Position numbers and translations under genes: made by a program
Notes under the pieces: model-generated
Databases searched by the model: none
What the model was told of the DNA's origin: nothing
The model's input: the letters and a program-made list of their open reading frames with translations, nothing else
Source: Mobula hypostoma
Taxonomy: Eukaryota
Direction: 5' to 3'
Length of the DNA: 64,000 nt
Assembly (NCBI RefSeq): GCF_963921235.1
Contig: NC_086108.1
Span: forward strand, 186,001-250,000
Part shown: piece after piece, positions 50,596 through 63,200 of the stretch
Layout: the number at the start of each line of letters is the position of its first letter
Position numbering within the stretch: the stretch's first letter is position 1

Positions 50596-52484
50596 CTGCG
50601 GCAAAACGGAAGGATAGCTAAAAGCCAAAGAGCTGTGCAGGTAGATCACAAAACTACAAGACATAAAGCACTGTGCAAAAGGCTCAGGTATATAGTGGGG
50701 TGCCCAAGACTTTTAGACAGTACTGTACTAAATTTATGTATCACACAGAATCAGGTTTATTATCACCGGCATGTGTCATATAATTTATCCAATTAGCAGC
50801 GACCGTTCAATGCAACACGTAATGTAGAAGAAAAAAAGAAAAATAAATAAGTAAATCAATTACAGTCTATGCATGTTGAATAGATTGTGCAGAAACAGAA
50901 ATAATATAGATTAAAAAAGCGAGGTAGTGTCCAAGGGTTCAATGTCCATTTGGGAATCGGATGGCAGAGAGAAAGAAGCTGTTCCTGTGCTGTCAGGCTG
51001 CTGTCCCTCCTACCTGATTGTAACAGTGAGAAAAGGGCATGACCTGGTGCTGGCGGTCCTTAATAATGGACGCTGCCTTTCTGAGACACCGCTCCTTGAA
51101 GATGCCCTGGGTACTTTGTAGACTAGTACCCAAGATGGAGCTGACTAGATTCACCACCCTCTGCAGCTTCTTTCGGTCCTATGCAGTAGCCCCCACCTCC
51201 CCCCACCCCCATATCTGACAGTGTCAGAATGCTCTCCACGGAAGTTTTCGAGTGCATTTGTTGACATACCAAATCTCTTCAAACTCCTACTCTGTAGCTC
51301 TCAATTCTGTACTGCTGCCATGAAGAATAAAATTTCACGACATATGTGAGTGACAATAAACCTGATTCTGATGTGGGTGTCTATTGTGGACTGAGAGTAG
51401 AAGGGGGCAGGGAGAGGGGAATCATGGTTGGGAAAAGGGAAAGGGAGAGGGGAGGGAGCGGGAAGCACCAGAGGGACATTCTGTAATGATCAATAAACCT
51501 ATTGTTTGGAATCAGATGACCTTGCCTGCTCTCTCAGGGCTGGGTGTGTTTGCTCCTGCCTCTGGCACTCCTTCTCTGCCACCTGTCCCACACCCCTCCC
51601 GCAGTGCTCCGTCCTCACCATTCCCAACGTCCTTTACTCCCATCGGATTTACAAGCTCACTCTCCGCTCCACATTGACAACTTTTGCACTGTACTGTAGT
51701 TAAGCAGCATCTGTAAAAAAAAGACAAAACTAGTCAATCTAGATTATTTCATCCTCTCCCCTCCCATCAGACAGATGGATAAAGTGCCACCCGGTTCCAG
51801 GTTAGTTTTTAACCTGCTGTTATAGGACTACTGAACGATCCCCGAACAGGATAACATAGACTCTTAACCTCACAATGTACCTCATTGTAACTATTCACTT
51901 TATTATCTGCTGGCGTTGCACTTTCTGAGTAACTGTAATATATTCTGCACTCTGTTATTGTCTTCCCTCAATTGTCGTGTTGGAATGAAATAATCTCTGC
52001 GGAGGGCACGCGAAGCAAGTATTTTCACTGTCTCTTAGTTCATTGGTTATGGGCCACGTCGCCTGACATCATCACGCGCCGTGTTGCGTGACGTGGGCGA
52101 TCACGGTCTTTCCATGACCATGATTGTTCTTGGCAAATTTTTCTACAGAAGTGGTTTGCCATTGCCTCCTTCTGGCCAGTGTCTTTACAAGACAGCTGAC
52201 CTCACCCCAGCCACATTATCAATACTCTTCAGAGATTGTCCGCCTGGCGTCGGTGGTCACATAACCAGAACTTGTGATCTTCACCGGCTGCTCATACGAC
52301 CATCCACCGCCTGCTCCCATGCTTTCATGTGACCCTGATCGGGGGGTGGCGGCTACGCGGGTGCTACACCTTGCCCAAGGGTGACCAGCAGGCCAGCAGA
52401 GGGAAGCAGCGCCTCACACCTCCTTTGGTAGAGATTCATCTCCACCCCGCCACCCACATGTCCCTCAGTACATGTGACAATAGT

Positions 52485-52675
52485 AAGGGGTGGGATTCCA
52501 CGGTAGCGTAGTGGTTCGCGTGAGGCCATTACAGCTCAGGGCATTGGGATTGGTGTTAAAATCCTGCACCCTCAGTCAGCACGTTTGTGTGGTCTTCCTG
52601 TGTGCTCGTGGGTTTCCCCTTGGTGCTCCGGGTCCCTCACACAGAACAAAGACGGGTAGGTTAATAAGTTAATTC
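52485..52675 (+). mobile_element. tRNA-derived V-SINE remnant
   Basis: A-box-like GGTAGCGTAGTGG and V-domain-like CGTGGGTTTCCCCTTGGTGCTCCGG. Similar remnant at ~7555-7730. Confidence 0.55.
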
Positions 52676-53140
52676 TCATTCCCGCATGTCGATCCATGGC
52701 CTCCTCTCGAGCCAAGATGAGGCCACCCTCAGGGTGGGGGAGCCCCAACACTCATATTCCATCTGGGTAGCCTCCAACCTGATGGTATGAACATTGATTT
52801 CTCCTTCCGGTGAACAAAATTCACCCCCCCCCCACCATTCCCGGCTCTGACCTTCCACTTCTTCTCACCTGCCTTCCCTTTCTCCAATGGTTCACTCTCC
52901 ATCTCCAGTCAGACTCTTCCTTCTCTCGCCCCCTTGACCTTTCCCACTCACCTGGCTTCACCTAGCACCTTCCAGTTAGCCTCTCCCACCTCCCTCCCAC
53001 CCCCACCATTTTATTCAGGCATCGTCCCCCTTCCTTCTCAGTCCTGAAGACGACTCTCCGCCCAAAGCATCACCGGTTTTACTCCTTTCCATGGGTGTTG
53101 CCTGATGTGCTGCAGTTCCTCCAGCAGTTTGTGTGTGTTG
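52676..53140 (+). mobile_element. Penelope 3' fragment
   Basis: GATGAGGCCACCCTCAGG..GGGTAGCCTCCAACCTGATGG and pLTR tail, as in other copies in the window. Confidence 0.75.
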
Positions 53141-53256
53141 AGAGGTTGGGTTTAAAATTGGTGGGGGCTGCTCGAAGGGCCTATCCTGTGCTGTGTCTCT
53201 AAATCGATAAACCGATTACTATTTTGTATTTGCGGGGGGTGGGGGGGGGTTCTTAC

Positions 53257-53427
53257 CTTGAAAATTCCAATCCAGTCGTTCTTATGGGGTGTGATCCTGG
53301 GGGTCAAGGTGTAATTGCATTTTACAGCAACGTCTCTCATGTACTGCTTTTCGACGTTGACAGAGATTACTTGGGCGAAGGTGCTGGAGTACAGTGAAGA
53401 GGTGCCAGTCAATGACTCTTCGTTCAT
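53257..53427 (-). CDS. CALCOCO2: First coding exon of a CALCOCO2/TAX1BP1-like SKICH gene (MNEESLTGTSSLYSSTFAQVISVNVEKQYMRDVAVKCNYTLTPRITPHKNDWIGIFK)
   Basis: Acceptor ttgtttctctctttgttgctcAG (exon starts at 53437), ACCATG start, donor AAG|GTAAG. SKICH signature FAQV..NVEK.Y..C.YTL..P..DWIGIFK. Paralog is uncertain. Confidence 0.88.
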
Positions 53428-53549
53428 GGTGTCCAGACTGAGCAACAAAGAGAGAAACAAAATGTATTTAGCCACAGTGTCTGAGATCTCCTTCATAGGG
53501 GGAAAAAAACACCTTTATGATGCCAGACCACAGACGTAGGAACAGAATC

Positions 53550-54005
53550 AGGCCATTTGGGACTGCAGTTGGGAGGGTGAGTAGTTTCACGTTCCTCGGC
53601 ATACACATCACCGAAGATCTCACCTGGATTGTACACACCGGCTATGTGGCAAAAAAAAGCACAACAGCCTCTCTTCCACCTCAGGCGACTGAAGAGGTTC
53701 GGCACGAGTCCCCAAATCCTCAAGACCTTCTGCAGGGGCACCAGTGAGAGCATCCTGACTGGCTGTATCACCGCCTGGTACGGGAACTGCACCAACCTTG
53801 ATTGCTGGTCACTGCAGAGAGTAGTACGGACAGCCCAGCACATCTGTGGATGTGAACTTCCCTCCATTGAGGACATTTACAGCAGCAGGTGCAGAAAGGA
53901 AGATCATCGGGGACACCAGTCACCCCCCCCAACCATAAACTGTTTCTGCTGCTTCATTACCGCAGCATTAAAGCCAGGATCAATAGACTACGGGACAGCT
54001 TCTTT
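53550..54005 (+). mobile_element. Rex1/Babar fragment
   Basis: FTFLGIHITEDLTW and ESILTGCITAWYGNC. Confidence 0.85.
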
Positions 54006-54009
54006 CTTC

Positions 54010-54598
54010 AAACGGGTGGTGGCATCCGTTAGTCTCACAAGACCACGGATCCACCCTGGAAGGTTTCCAGGGCGCAGACCTGGGCAAGGTTTTATGGAAG
54101 ACCGGCAGTTACCCATGCAGCAAGTCTTCCCGCTCCACGACACCGACGTTGTCCAAGGGAAGAGCAAGGGCCGATACAACTTGGCACCGGTGTCGTCACA
54201 GGAGTTGCCAGAATGAGGTTGAAGGCAGTGTCAGATTGCCTTAGGGACTCCAGCTCCGGATCTGTCCTCAGGGTTTACTCTCAAAGCCTTTCCCATGAGT
54301 GGGTATGGCTGCAAGGCAGCGGAGGTTTGAAAGCAGAGTTTTCCCTCTCTTAGATGGACTGCCTTCCCAGACCGATGAGCTCGATCTACCTGAAGCACTG
54401 GTTTTAAGGCGCCAGGACCCGCCTTTGCCCCTTCTCCTGTCAGTAGAAACAGTTGCGCTGGGCCTAGAGGCTAAGCCACACGAGAAGGCCAGGAGTTGAA
54501 CTTGGTTGTCAGAGGCTATTTGAGTCACATGCCGTAAGGAGCACCTTTAGGTAGTGGGAGCTTGTCCCCATTACCACTCCTCAGCTTGACAACCTTAG
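54010..54598 (-). mobile_element. RTE-related non-autonomous element
   Basis: Reverse complement is similar to 8717-9243 over most of its length. Confidence 0.55.
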
Positions 54599-54759
54599 GA
54601 ACCAAACTTCTTCAAACTATTAGACTTGTAAATTCACATGTCTGTACACTGCGACAGTCAAAGATTTTTACTCCCTCACGTTGTGGGATGGATGCAAGAT
54701 TTAAATAGACGCAAATTAAATTCAAATTCAAATCTCCTCCATCATTCCATTGAGGCTGA

Positions 54760-56312
54760 TAAGTACCCAAGAAATAGGAGCAGGAGTAGGCCATCTGGCT
54801 GTCGAGCCTGCTCCACCATTCAATAAGATCATGGTTGATCTGGCCATGGACTCATCTCCACGATCCTGACTTTTCCCCATAACCCTTAATTCCCCTGCTC
54901 TGCAAAAATCTATCCAACCTTGTCTTCAATATATTTACTGGGGTAGCTTCCACTGCTTCATTGGGCAGAGAATTCCACAGATTCACCACTCTTTGGGAAA
55001 AGCAGTTTCTCCTCATCTCTGTCCTAAATCTACTCCCCCGAATCTTGAGGCCATGTCCCCTCATTCTAGTCTCACCTATCAGTGGAAACAACTTTCCTGC
55101 CTCTATCTTATCTAGCCTTTTCATAATTTTATATGTTTCTATAAGATCTCTTCTCATTCTTCTGAACTCCCGTCCCAGTCCCAGGCGACTCAATCTCTCC
55201 TCAAAATGTATTATCCCCCTCAGCCCCATTCCCCTGCCTCCTCCTTGTATCTTTTGACACCCTTGCTATTTACAAGACAGGTGACTACAGCCATTATCAA
55301 TACTCTTCAGAGATTATCTGCCTGGCATCAGTGGTCGCATAACCAGGACTTGTGATCTGCACCGGCTGCTCATATGACCATCCACCACCTGCTCCTGTGG
55401 CTTCATGTGACCTAGATCTGGGAGGGTGGCGGGGGCTAAGCAGGTGCTACACCCTGCCCAAGGGTGACCTGCAGGCTAGTGGAGGGAAGGAGTGCCTTAC
55501 ACCTCCTTTGGTAGGGACGTATCTCCACCCGCCACCCGGACGGCGGCAGTGGCAAATTACTTCTGAGGAAAAATATGCCAAGAACAATCATGGTCAAAGA
55601 CCGTGATTCTGTGAAATGAATTCCATAGATTCATTACCCTCTGCCGAAAGAAATTCCTTCTCATCTCTGTTCTAAGGGCAGGACCTTCTATTCTGAGGCT
55701 GTGCCCACCATGTTCACTCTGTCGAGGCCTTTCACTATCTGACGGGTTTCAGTCAGATCCTCCCGTCTCAACTCTGGCGAGTACAGGCCCAGAGCAGAGT
55801 ATTCCAATGCTCCTCACACGTTAACCCTTCCATCCCTAGGATCATCCCCGTGAACCTCCTCTCTAATGTCAGCACATCCTTGCTCAGATAAGGCTCCCAA
55901 AATTGCTCACAATACTCCAAGTGAGGCCTCACCTGTGCCCTATAAAGCCTCATCATCACATCCTTGCTTTCGTATTCTCGTCCTCTCCAGATGAATGCCC
56001 ACATCACATTTGCCTTCCTCCCCGATGATGTATCCAGCAACTTATCCTTTAGGTAATTCTGCGCGAGAACTCCCAAGTCCCTCTGTACATCGGGTTTTTA
56101 AAATTTTCTCCCTGTTTCAAAAATAGCCCATGCCTTTACTCCTCCCAAAGTGCATGTCTGTACACTTCCCGACACTGCATTCCACCTGCCACTTCTTTGT
56201 CCGTTCTCCTAATCTGTCCAAGTCCTTCCTGCTTCCTCAACACCACCGGCCCCCACCACCCATCTTTGTATCGTCCACAAACTTGGCCACAAAGCCAGCA
56301 GTTCCGTCATCC
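54760..56312 (-). mobile_element. CR1 3' fragments (54760-55210 and 55610-56312) around an RTE-related SINE
   Basis: RRDLIETYKIM, FSQRVVNLWN and RPHLEYC. Confidence 0.8.
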
Positions 56313-56696
56313 AGGGATGAGAGCTGGAGAGGTGAGGGAAGGATCTGAACACAGGGACTGCTTTTAAAAAAAAATTATCAAATCTTATCCTCATTTATCA
56401 CCAAAGAAAATGAGACCAACTTGGATCAGTCTGTGCAAGGAAAGAAATTCAAACACAAGTGACATGAAAGGGAATGAAAAAGAAATTGCAGGGAACACAC
56501 TGTTTAAAACAGCCAGAAACACTGCAGCAGACCAGCATTTAAGATGGACAATGGTGGCAGACAGGATCTCATGAAAACCTGACATTCTCCTGACATTAAT
56601 CACTCGGCATCTATTCAGTCAAAAAGTTGGGACTAGGAATCAGACACAGTTTCTCATATTGAGAACAACAGATCTTACAACACACAAGGTATACAT

Positions 56697-56764
56697 TATA
56701 TATGTGAGTGTGTATATATATAGATAGAGAGAGAGAGAGAGAGAGAGAAACACACACACACACA
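56697..56764. repeat. Compound (TA)/(GA)/(CA) microsatellite
   Basis: Read directly from the sequence. Confidence 0.85.
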
Positions 56765-57994
56765 GCGAAGGAGGTTAAAAATTTGCAGAACACTGTAGTA
56801 ATTTTACATATTGTACTGCACTGTAGCCACACAAAATAAAACAAGTTTCATGACATATATGAGTGACGATAAACCTGATTCCGATGTGGGTCTCCATTGT
56901 GGACTGAGAGTGGGAAGGGAGGCAGGGAGAGGGGAATCATGGTTGGGAAAAGGGTGGGAGTGGGAAGCATCAGAGAGACATTCTGTCATGATCGGTAAAC
57001 CAATTGTTTGGAATCAAATGACCTTGCCTGGTGTCTCAGGGCCGGGTGTGTCGGTACCCCCGCCAGACACACCTTCTCTGCCACCTGTCCCCACACCCCT
57101 ACGGCGGTATTCCACACGCAAAATTCCCAACATCCCTTTGCTCCCGCCGGATTTAAAAGCACGCTCTCAGTGCACGTTGACAAACACAGTACTGCGTGCA
57201 GAAGTCTTAGGCACCCCAACTACATACAGGCGCCCGAGATGTTTGCACAGACTGTAAACAGCAGAATTAAGCCATTCAGCCCATCGAGTCTGCTCTGGAA
57301 GAGGAGAGAAAACAGGGGTACAGTTGAGCAGCGATAGGATCAATGTTCAGGCTGTGATACAACAAAAGGGTGTACATTTCATGGTGTGCCCAACTTACTG
57401 GAACATAGATGGAAAAATCATACAACTCCCATGATTGGAAAATCCACCAGGGTGGGGCAGAAAAATCTGTTAGCAGTAAAATTATATCCCAACAACTGCC
57501 CAACACATTAACCAAAGAGAATAAATGAAATGTCCAAATCACTTCTACTGTTTTTGTGTGGGGGAGATAGAGGAAGGGGGGGGTTGTGGATTGATGTTCA
57601 ATCTGACGTTTCTGTGTGGACAATCAGTTAGTTTTTGTGAGAGGGAGGGGATTCGGGAGGGGTTTGGGATTTGATGTTCAATCTGATGTTTCCGTGTGGA
57701 CGATCTGTTAAGTTTTTGTGTGAGTCAGGGGATTGCGGGGGGAGTTGGGGTATATGCCTAAGACATTTACACAGTACTCTTCATATAAGTTGACTTATAA
57801 ATTAAATTGTTTATAGTATTTATTTTAAATAAATTAAATATGTAGTGCAGAAAGAGAGCAAAAACGGTGAGGTAGTGTTCATGGGTTGATGGTCCGTTCA
57901 GAAATCTGATGGCAGAGGGAAAGAAGCTGTTCCTGAATCGCTGAGTGTGAGCCTTCAGGCTTCTGGACGGTAGCGATGAGAAGAGGCCATGTCA

Positions 57995-58442
57995 GAGCAG
58001 ATTCACCAGGATGCTGCCTGGTTCAGAGTATGCATTATGATCAGAGATGAAGGGAGCTAGGGTTTACTCTTCAGAGAGAAGGAGGATGAGAGGAGACATG
58101 ATAGAGGTGTACAAGATAATAAGAGGAATAGATAGAGTGGATAGCCAGCGCCTCTTCCCCTGGGCACCACTGCTCAATACAAGAGGACATGGCTTTAAGG
58201 TAAGGGGTGGGAAGTTCAAGGGGGATATTAGAGGAAGGTTTTTTACTCAGAGAGTGGTTGGTGTGTGGAATGCACTGCCTGAGTCAGTGGTGGAGGCAGA
58301 TACACTAGTGAAGTTTAAGAGACTACTAGACAGGTATATGGAGGAATTTAAGGTGGGGGGTTATATGGGAGGCAGGGTTTGAGGGTCGGCACAACATTGT
58401 GGGCCGAAGGGCCTGTACTGTGCTGTACTATTCTATGTTCTA
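57995..58442 (+). mobile_element. CR1 3' fragment
   Basis: RGDMIEVYKI, TRGHGFKV and FFTQRVV; TTCTA-type tail. Confidence 0.88.
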
Positions 58443-58454
58443 TCTCCTGGGTGA

Positions 58455-59250
58455 TGGATGTCGGTGTTCCCACATCACAATAGTGGCTGCACTTCAAACG
58501 TAAGCTGCAAAGAACCGCCGACACTTCCAGACCGACCGCCATCCAGCCACCATTCCCGTGGGCTCAACTGTCAAAACTGCTGGACATCAGTTCCCAGTTG
58601 TGTCGGCGTGACCGGGGGTGGCTGGTCAGGATCCTGTCGGGACTCTCAGTCTTTTCTCCAGAGGGAGAGAGATCGATCGGAAAACTCGGGCCTGACGGGG
58701 AGATTCTCTCTCTCTCTCTGATCCTCCGGCATAATGAAACGCTCCCTGAACGAGCTGTCCCGAGGCTCCTCAAAGGAGGCTCTTTCGGACGGGAGCTCGG
58801 GGGCTGCGACTGCCAGCCACGGGGAAGATGGCTGCGAGACCCTGCAAGACACTTCCCGAACGGACACCGTGATTCTCTGCCAAGCCCGTAAAGCCCGGGC
58901 CGAGATGATGAGGCGGAAGAGGTAACGACCAAATAAATGGCGGGCAATCCGGTATTGGGTGGGTGGTGCGTCCGTCCGTCGCCGGTAGTGTTGTGGGTCG
59001 TTCGCTCATCATCCAAGTCGAGTTCTTAAATTTAGCCTCAGACTAGACGGTCGACCCTTGGGAGCAGAGATGAAGGAAAACATTTCCACCATGGACTAGA
59101 TGGGCCGAAGGGCTCGCTGATGTACTGCAGTGCTGCCTGAGGAGGGCCCTCCTCGGCCAGAGGCGCCGAGTCTGTGGAAAGCGCTGTCACAAGATGGCGG
59201 ACGAGGCCAAAGCGGGGTTGGTGCCGCCTTGTTGGGCCAGAGCTTCAGAG
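58455..59250. promoter_or_regulatory. CpG-island-like candidate promoter
   Basis: CpG-rich unique sequence in a CpG-poor window. YY1-type AAGATGGCGG (59191) and AAATGGCGG (58935); ETS-type ACTTCC (~58523, ~58851). Lies 5 kb upstream of the SKICH start exon, which has a splice acceptor and so needs an upstream non-coding exon. Confidence 0.6.
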
Positions 59251-59454
59251 GTTATGGGGAGAAAGCTGGAGACTGGGGTTGAGAGGGAAAATAAAGGATC
59301 AGGGATTAAATATTACGTTTTCCTGCACTAGGAACTTGCTGTGGTGTGTTTGTCAGGACTCAACATATGAAAAACTTTCAAAAATTATAAAGAATTGACT
59401 TTATTTCTTACATCCTTCACATACATGAGGAGTAAAATCCTTTACGTTATACAG

Positions 59455-60095
59455 AGAAACATAGAAAATAGGTGCAGGAGTAGGCCATTCGGCCCTTCGA
59501 GCCTGCACTGCCATTCAGTATGATCATGGCTGATCATCCAACTCAGAACCCCGCCCCAGCCTTCCCTCCATACCCACTGATCCCTTCAGCCACAAGGGCC
59601 ATATCTAACTCCCTCTTAAATATAGCCAATGAACTGGCCTCAGCTGTTTCCTGTGGCAGAGAATTCCACAGATTCACCACTCTCTGTGTGAAGAAGTTTT
59701 TCCTAATCTCGGTCCTAAAAGGCTTCCCCTCTATCCTCAAACTGTGGCCCCTCGTTCTGGACTTCCCCAACATCGGGAACAATCTTCCTGCATCTAGTCT
59801 GTCTAATCCCTTTAAGATTTTATATGTTTCAATCAGATCCCCCCTCAATCTTCTAAATTCCAGAGAGTACAAGCCTAGTCGATCCAGTCTTTCATCATAT
59901 GAAAGTCCTGCCATCCCAGGAATCAATCTGGTGAACCTTCTTTGTACTCCCTCTATGGCAAGGATGTCTTTCCTCAGATTAGGGGACCAAAACTGCACAC
60001 AATACTCCAGGTGTGGTCTCACCAAGGCCTTGTACAACTGCAGTAGTACCTCCCTGCTCCTGTACTCGAATTCTCTTGCTATGAATGCCAATGTA
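59455..60095 (-). mobile_element. CR1 3' fragment with uninterrupted ORF2 C-terminus
   Basis: ORF 59543-60091: LVRPHLEYCVQFWSP..FFTQRVVNLWN. Confidence 0.92.
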
Positions 60096-60214
60096 TTGGC
60101 TCTTTCTTTGTGATGTTAAATGCTGAGAAAGTCTTTAGCTGGACGTTTGCTTGGGTTAATACAAATTGTAGGGTGTTATTAGCCAGTGGGTGTTCATGTG
60201 TCGTTTTTTTTCAG

Positions 60215-63200
60215 ATCTCTCTCTCTCCCTCCCTCCCTCTCCCTTTCTCTCTCTCCCTCCCTCTCACTCTCTCTCTCTTTCCCTCCCTCTCCCCTCCCCT
60301 GTATCTCTCTCTCCCCCTCTCTCCCTCCCTCCTTCTCCCACTCACTTTCCACCTCTCTCACCGCCTCTCCACACTCCTCTCACCCTCCCCTTTCTCACCG
60401 CCTCTCTCCCCTCCCCCCACCCTTCCCCCCTCTCTCCCCCTCCCTCCCTCCCTCCCTCTCTCCCTCATCCTCCCTCCCTCCCTCTCTCCCTCTCCCTCCC
60501 TCCCTCACTCCCTCTTCCTCCCCCCTCCCTCTTTCCCTCTTCCTCCCCCTCCCTCTTTCCCTCTTCCTCCCCCTCCCGCTCTCCCACTCTCCCTCTTCCT
60601 CCCTCCCTCCCTCTCTCCCTCTTCCTCCCTCCACCCCTCTCCCTCTTCCTCCCTCCCCCCTCCCTCCCTCCCTCTCCCTCTCTCCCTCTCTCCCTCTCCC
60701 TCCCTCCCTCTCCCGCTCCCTCTTCCTCCCCCCTCTCCCCCCCCTCTCCCCCTCTCCCTCCCTCTCTCTCCCTCTCCCTCTCTCCCTCTTCCTCCCTCCC
60801 TCCCTCTCTCCCCCTTCCTCCCTCCCCACCTCTCTCACCCCCCTCTCCACTCACCTCTCCCTTACCCCTCTCCCTTCCCCCTCCCTCTCCCTCCCCCCTC
60901 GCCCTCTCCACTCCCTCTCTCCGACCATCCTTCTCCCTCTCCCTCGCCACCTCTCTCACCCCCTCTCTTTCCTCTCCTCTCCCCCCTTCTCACCACCTCT
61001 CTCCCACTCCCTCCCTCACTCTCCCCTCTCCCTCCCTCCCTCACGCTCCCCATCTCCCTCACCCTCTCCCTCCATCCCTTATGCTCCCCATCTCCCTCAC
61101 TCTCCCTTACTCTCCCTCGCTCCCTCCCTCACTCTCCCCTCCCTCCCTGACTCTCCCCTCCCTCTTTCACTCTCCCCCTGTCCTTCGCTCCCCCTCCCCC
61201 TCCCTCCCTCACTCTCCCCTCTCCCTCCTGCACTGTCCCCTCCTCCCTCTCTCCCTCATTCTCACCCTCTTCCTCCCTCACTCTCCCCCTCTCCCTCCCT
61301 CACTCTCCCTTTCCATCCCTCACTCCCCCCTCTCCCCCTCACTATCCACTCCCTCCCCCATTCTCCCCCTCTCCCTCTCACTCTCCTTCCCTCACTCTAC
61401 CCTCTCCCTCCCTCCCTCTCCCCTATCCCTACCTCACTCTCCCTCCCTCCCTCACTCACCCCCTCTCCCTCCCTCTCTCTCCCCCTCCCTCCCTGACTCT
61501 CCCCTCCCTCATTCTCTGCCTCCCTCCTTCACTCTCCCCCTCTCCTTCCCTCACTCTCCCCCTCCCTCCCTCACTCTCCTCTCTCCCTCCCACACCGTCC
61601 CCTCCTCCCTCACTCCCTCACTATCACCCTCTCTGTCCCTCACTCCCCCCTCCCTCCCTGACTCCCCTCTCATTCCCCCTCCCTCACTCTCCCCTCTCCC
61701 TTCCTCACTCTCCCCCTCCCTCACTTTCCCCTCCCTCCCTCACTCTCCCCCTCTCCCTCACTCACTCTCCCTCTCCATCCCTCACTCTACTCCTCTCCCT
61801 CCCTCACTCTCCCACTCTCCCTCCCTCCCTCACTCACCCCCTCTCCCTCCCTCACTCTCACTCTCCCTCCCAGTCTTCCTCCCTACCTCACACTCCCCCT
61901 CTCCCTCCCTCCCTCACTCACCACCTCTCCCTCCCTCACATTCTCTCCCCCTCCCTCTCCCTCTCTCCCTCTTCCTCCCTTCCTCCCTCCCTCCCTCCCT
62001 CCCTCTTCCTCCCTCCCTCCCTCTCCCTCTCTCCCTCTCTCCCTCTCTCCCTCTCTCCCTCTCTCCCTCTCCCTCTTCCTCCCTCCCTCTGCCTCTTCCT
62101 CCCCCCTCTCCCTCCCTCTCCCCCCTCCCCCCTTCTCCCTCTCTTCCTCTCTCCCTCTCCCTCCCTCCCTCTTCCTCCCCCTCCCCCTCCCTCCCTCTCT
62201 CTCCCCTCCCTCTCTCCCTGTTCCTCCTTCCCTCCCTCTCTCCCCTTCATCCCTCCCCACCTCTCTCACCCCCCTCTCCACTCTCCTCTCCCCTACCCCT
62301 CTCCCTTTCCCCCTCCCTCTCCCTCCCCCCTCGCCTTCTCCACTCCCTCTCTCCGTCTATCCTTCTCCCTCTCCCTCGCCACCTCTGTCACCCCCTCTCT
62401 CTCACCCCCCTCTCTCACCCCCTCTCCCATCCCCCTCTCTCTGCCAGCCTCTCCTCCTCTCTACGTGCCTCCTTCTCCCTCGCCACCTCTCTCACCCCCT
62501 CTCTTTCCTCTCCTCTCCCCCTTCTCACCACCTCTCTCCCCCTCCCTCCCTCACTCTCCCCCTCCCTCCCTCACGCTCCCCATCTCCCTCACCCTCTCCC
62601 TCCCTCACTCTCCCTCCATCCCTCATGCTCCCCATCTCCCTCACTCTCTCCTCTCCCTTACTCTCACTCCCTCCTTCACTCTCCCCCTCCCTCCCTGACT
62701 CTCCCCCACTTTTACTCTCCCCCTGTCCTTCGCTCCCCCCCTTCCTCACTCTCCCCTCTCCCTCCTGCACTGTCCCCTCCTCCCTCTCTCCCTCACTCTC
62801 ACCCACTTCCTCCCTCACTCTCCCCCTCTCCCTCACTCACTCTCCCTTTCCATCCCTCACTCTCCCCCTCTCCCCCCTCACTATCCACTCCCTCCCCCAC
62901 TCTCCCCCACTCCCTCACTCACTCTCCTTCCCTCACTCTACCCTCTCCCTCCCTCTCTCTCCCCCTCCCTCCCTGACTCTCCCCTCCCTCATTCTCTGCC
63001 TCCCTCCTCCACTCTCCCCTTTCCTTCCCTCACTCTCCCCCTCCCTCCCTCACTCACTCTCCTCTCTCCCTCCCACACCATCCCCTCCTCCCTCACTCCC
63101 TCAATATCACTCTCTCTCCCTCACTCCCCCTCCCTCCCTGACTCCCCTCTCATTCCCCCCTCACTCTCCCCTCCCTCACTTTCCCCTCCCTCCCTCACCC

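Noticed and set aside
52485..52570. tRNA gene
   Set aside because: Only a decayed A-box-like head of a SINE; no cloverleaf.
58458..59016. Overlapping ORFs in the CpG-rich region
   Set aside because: Expected from high GC content; no recognisable domain.
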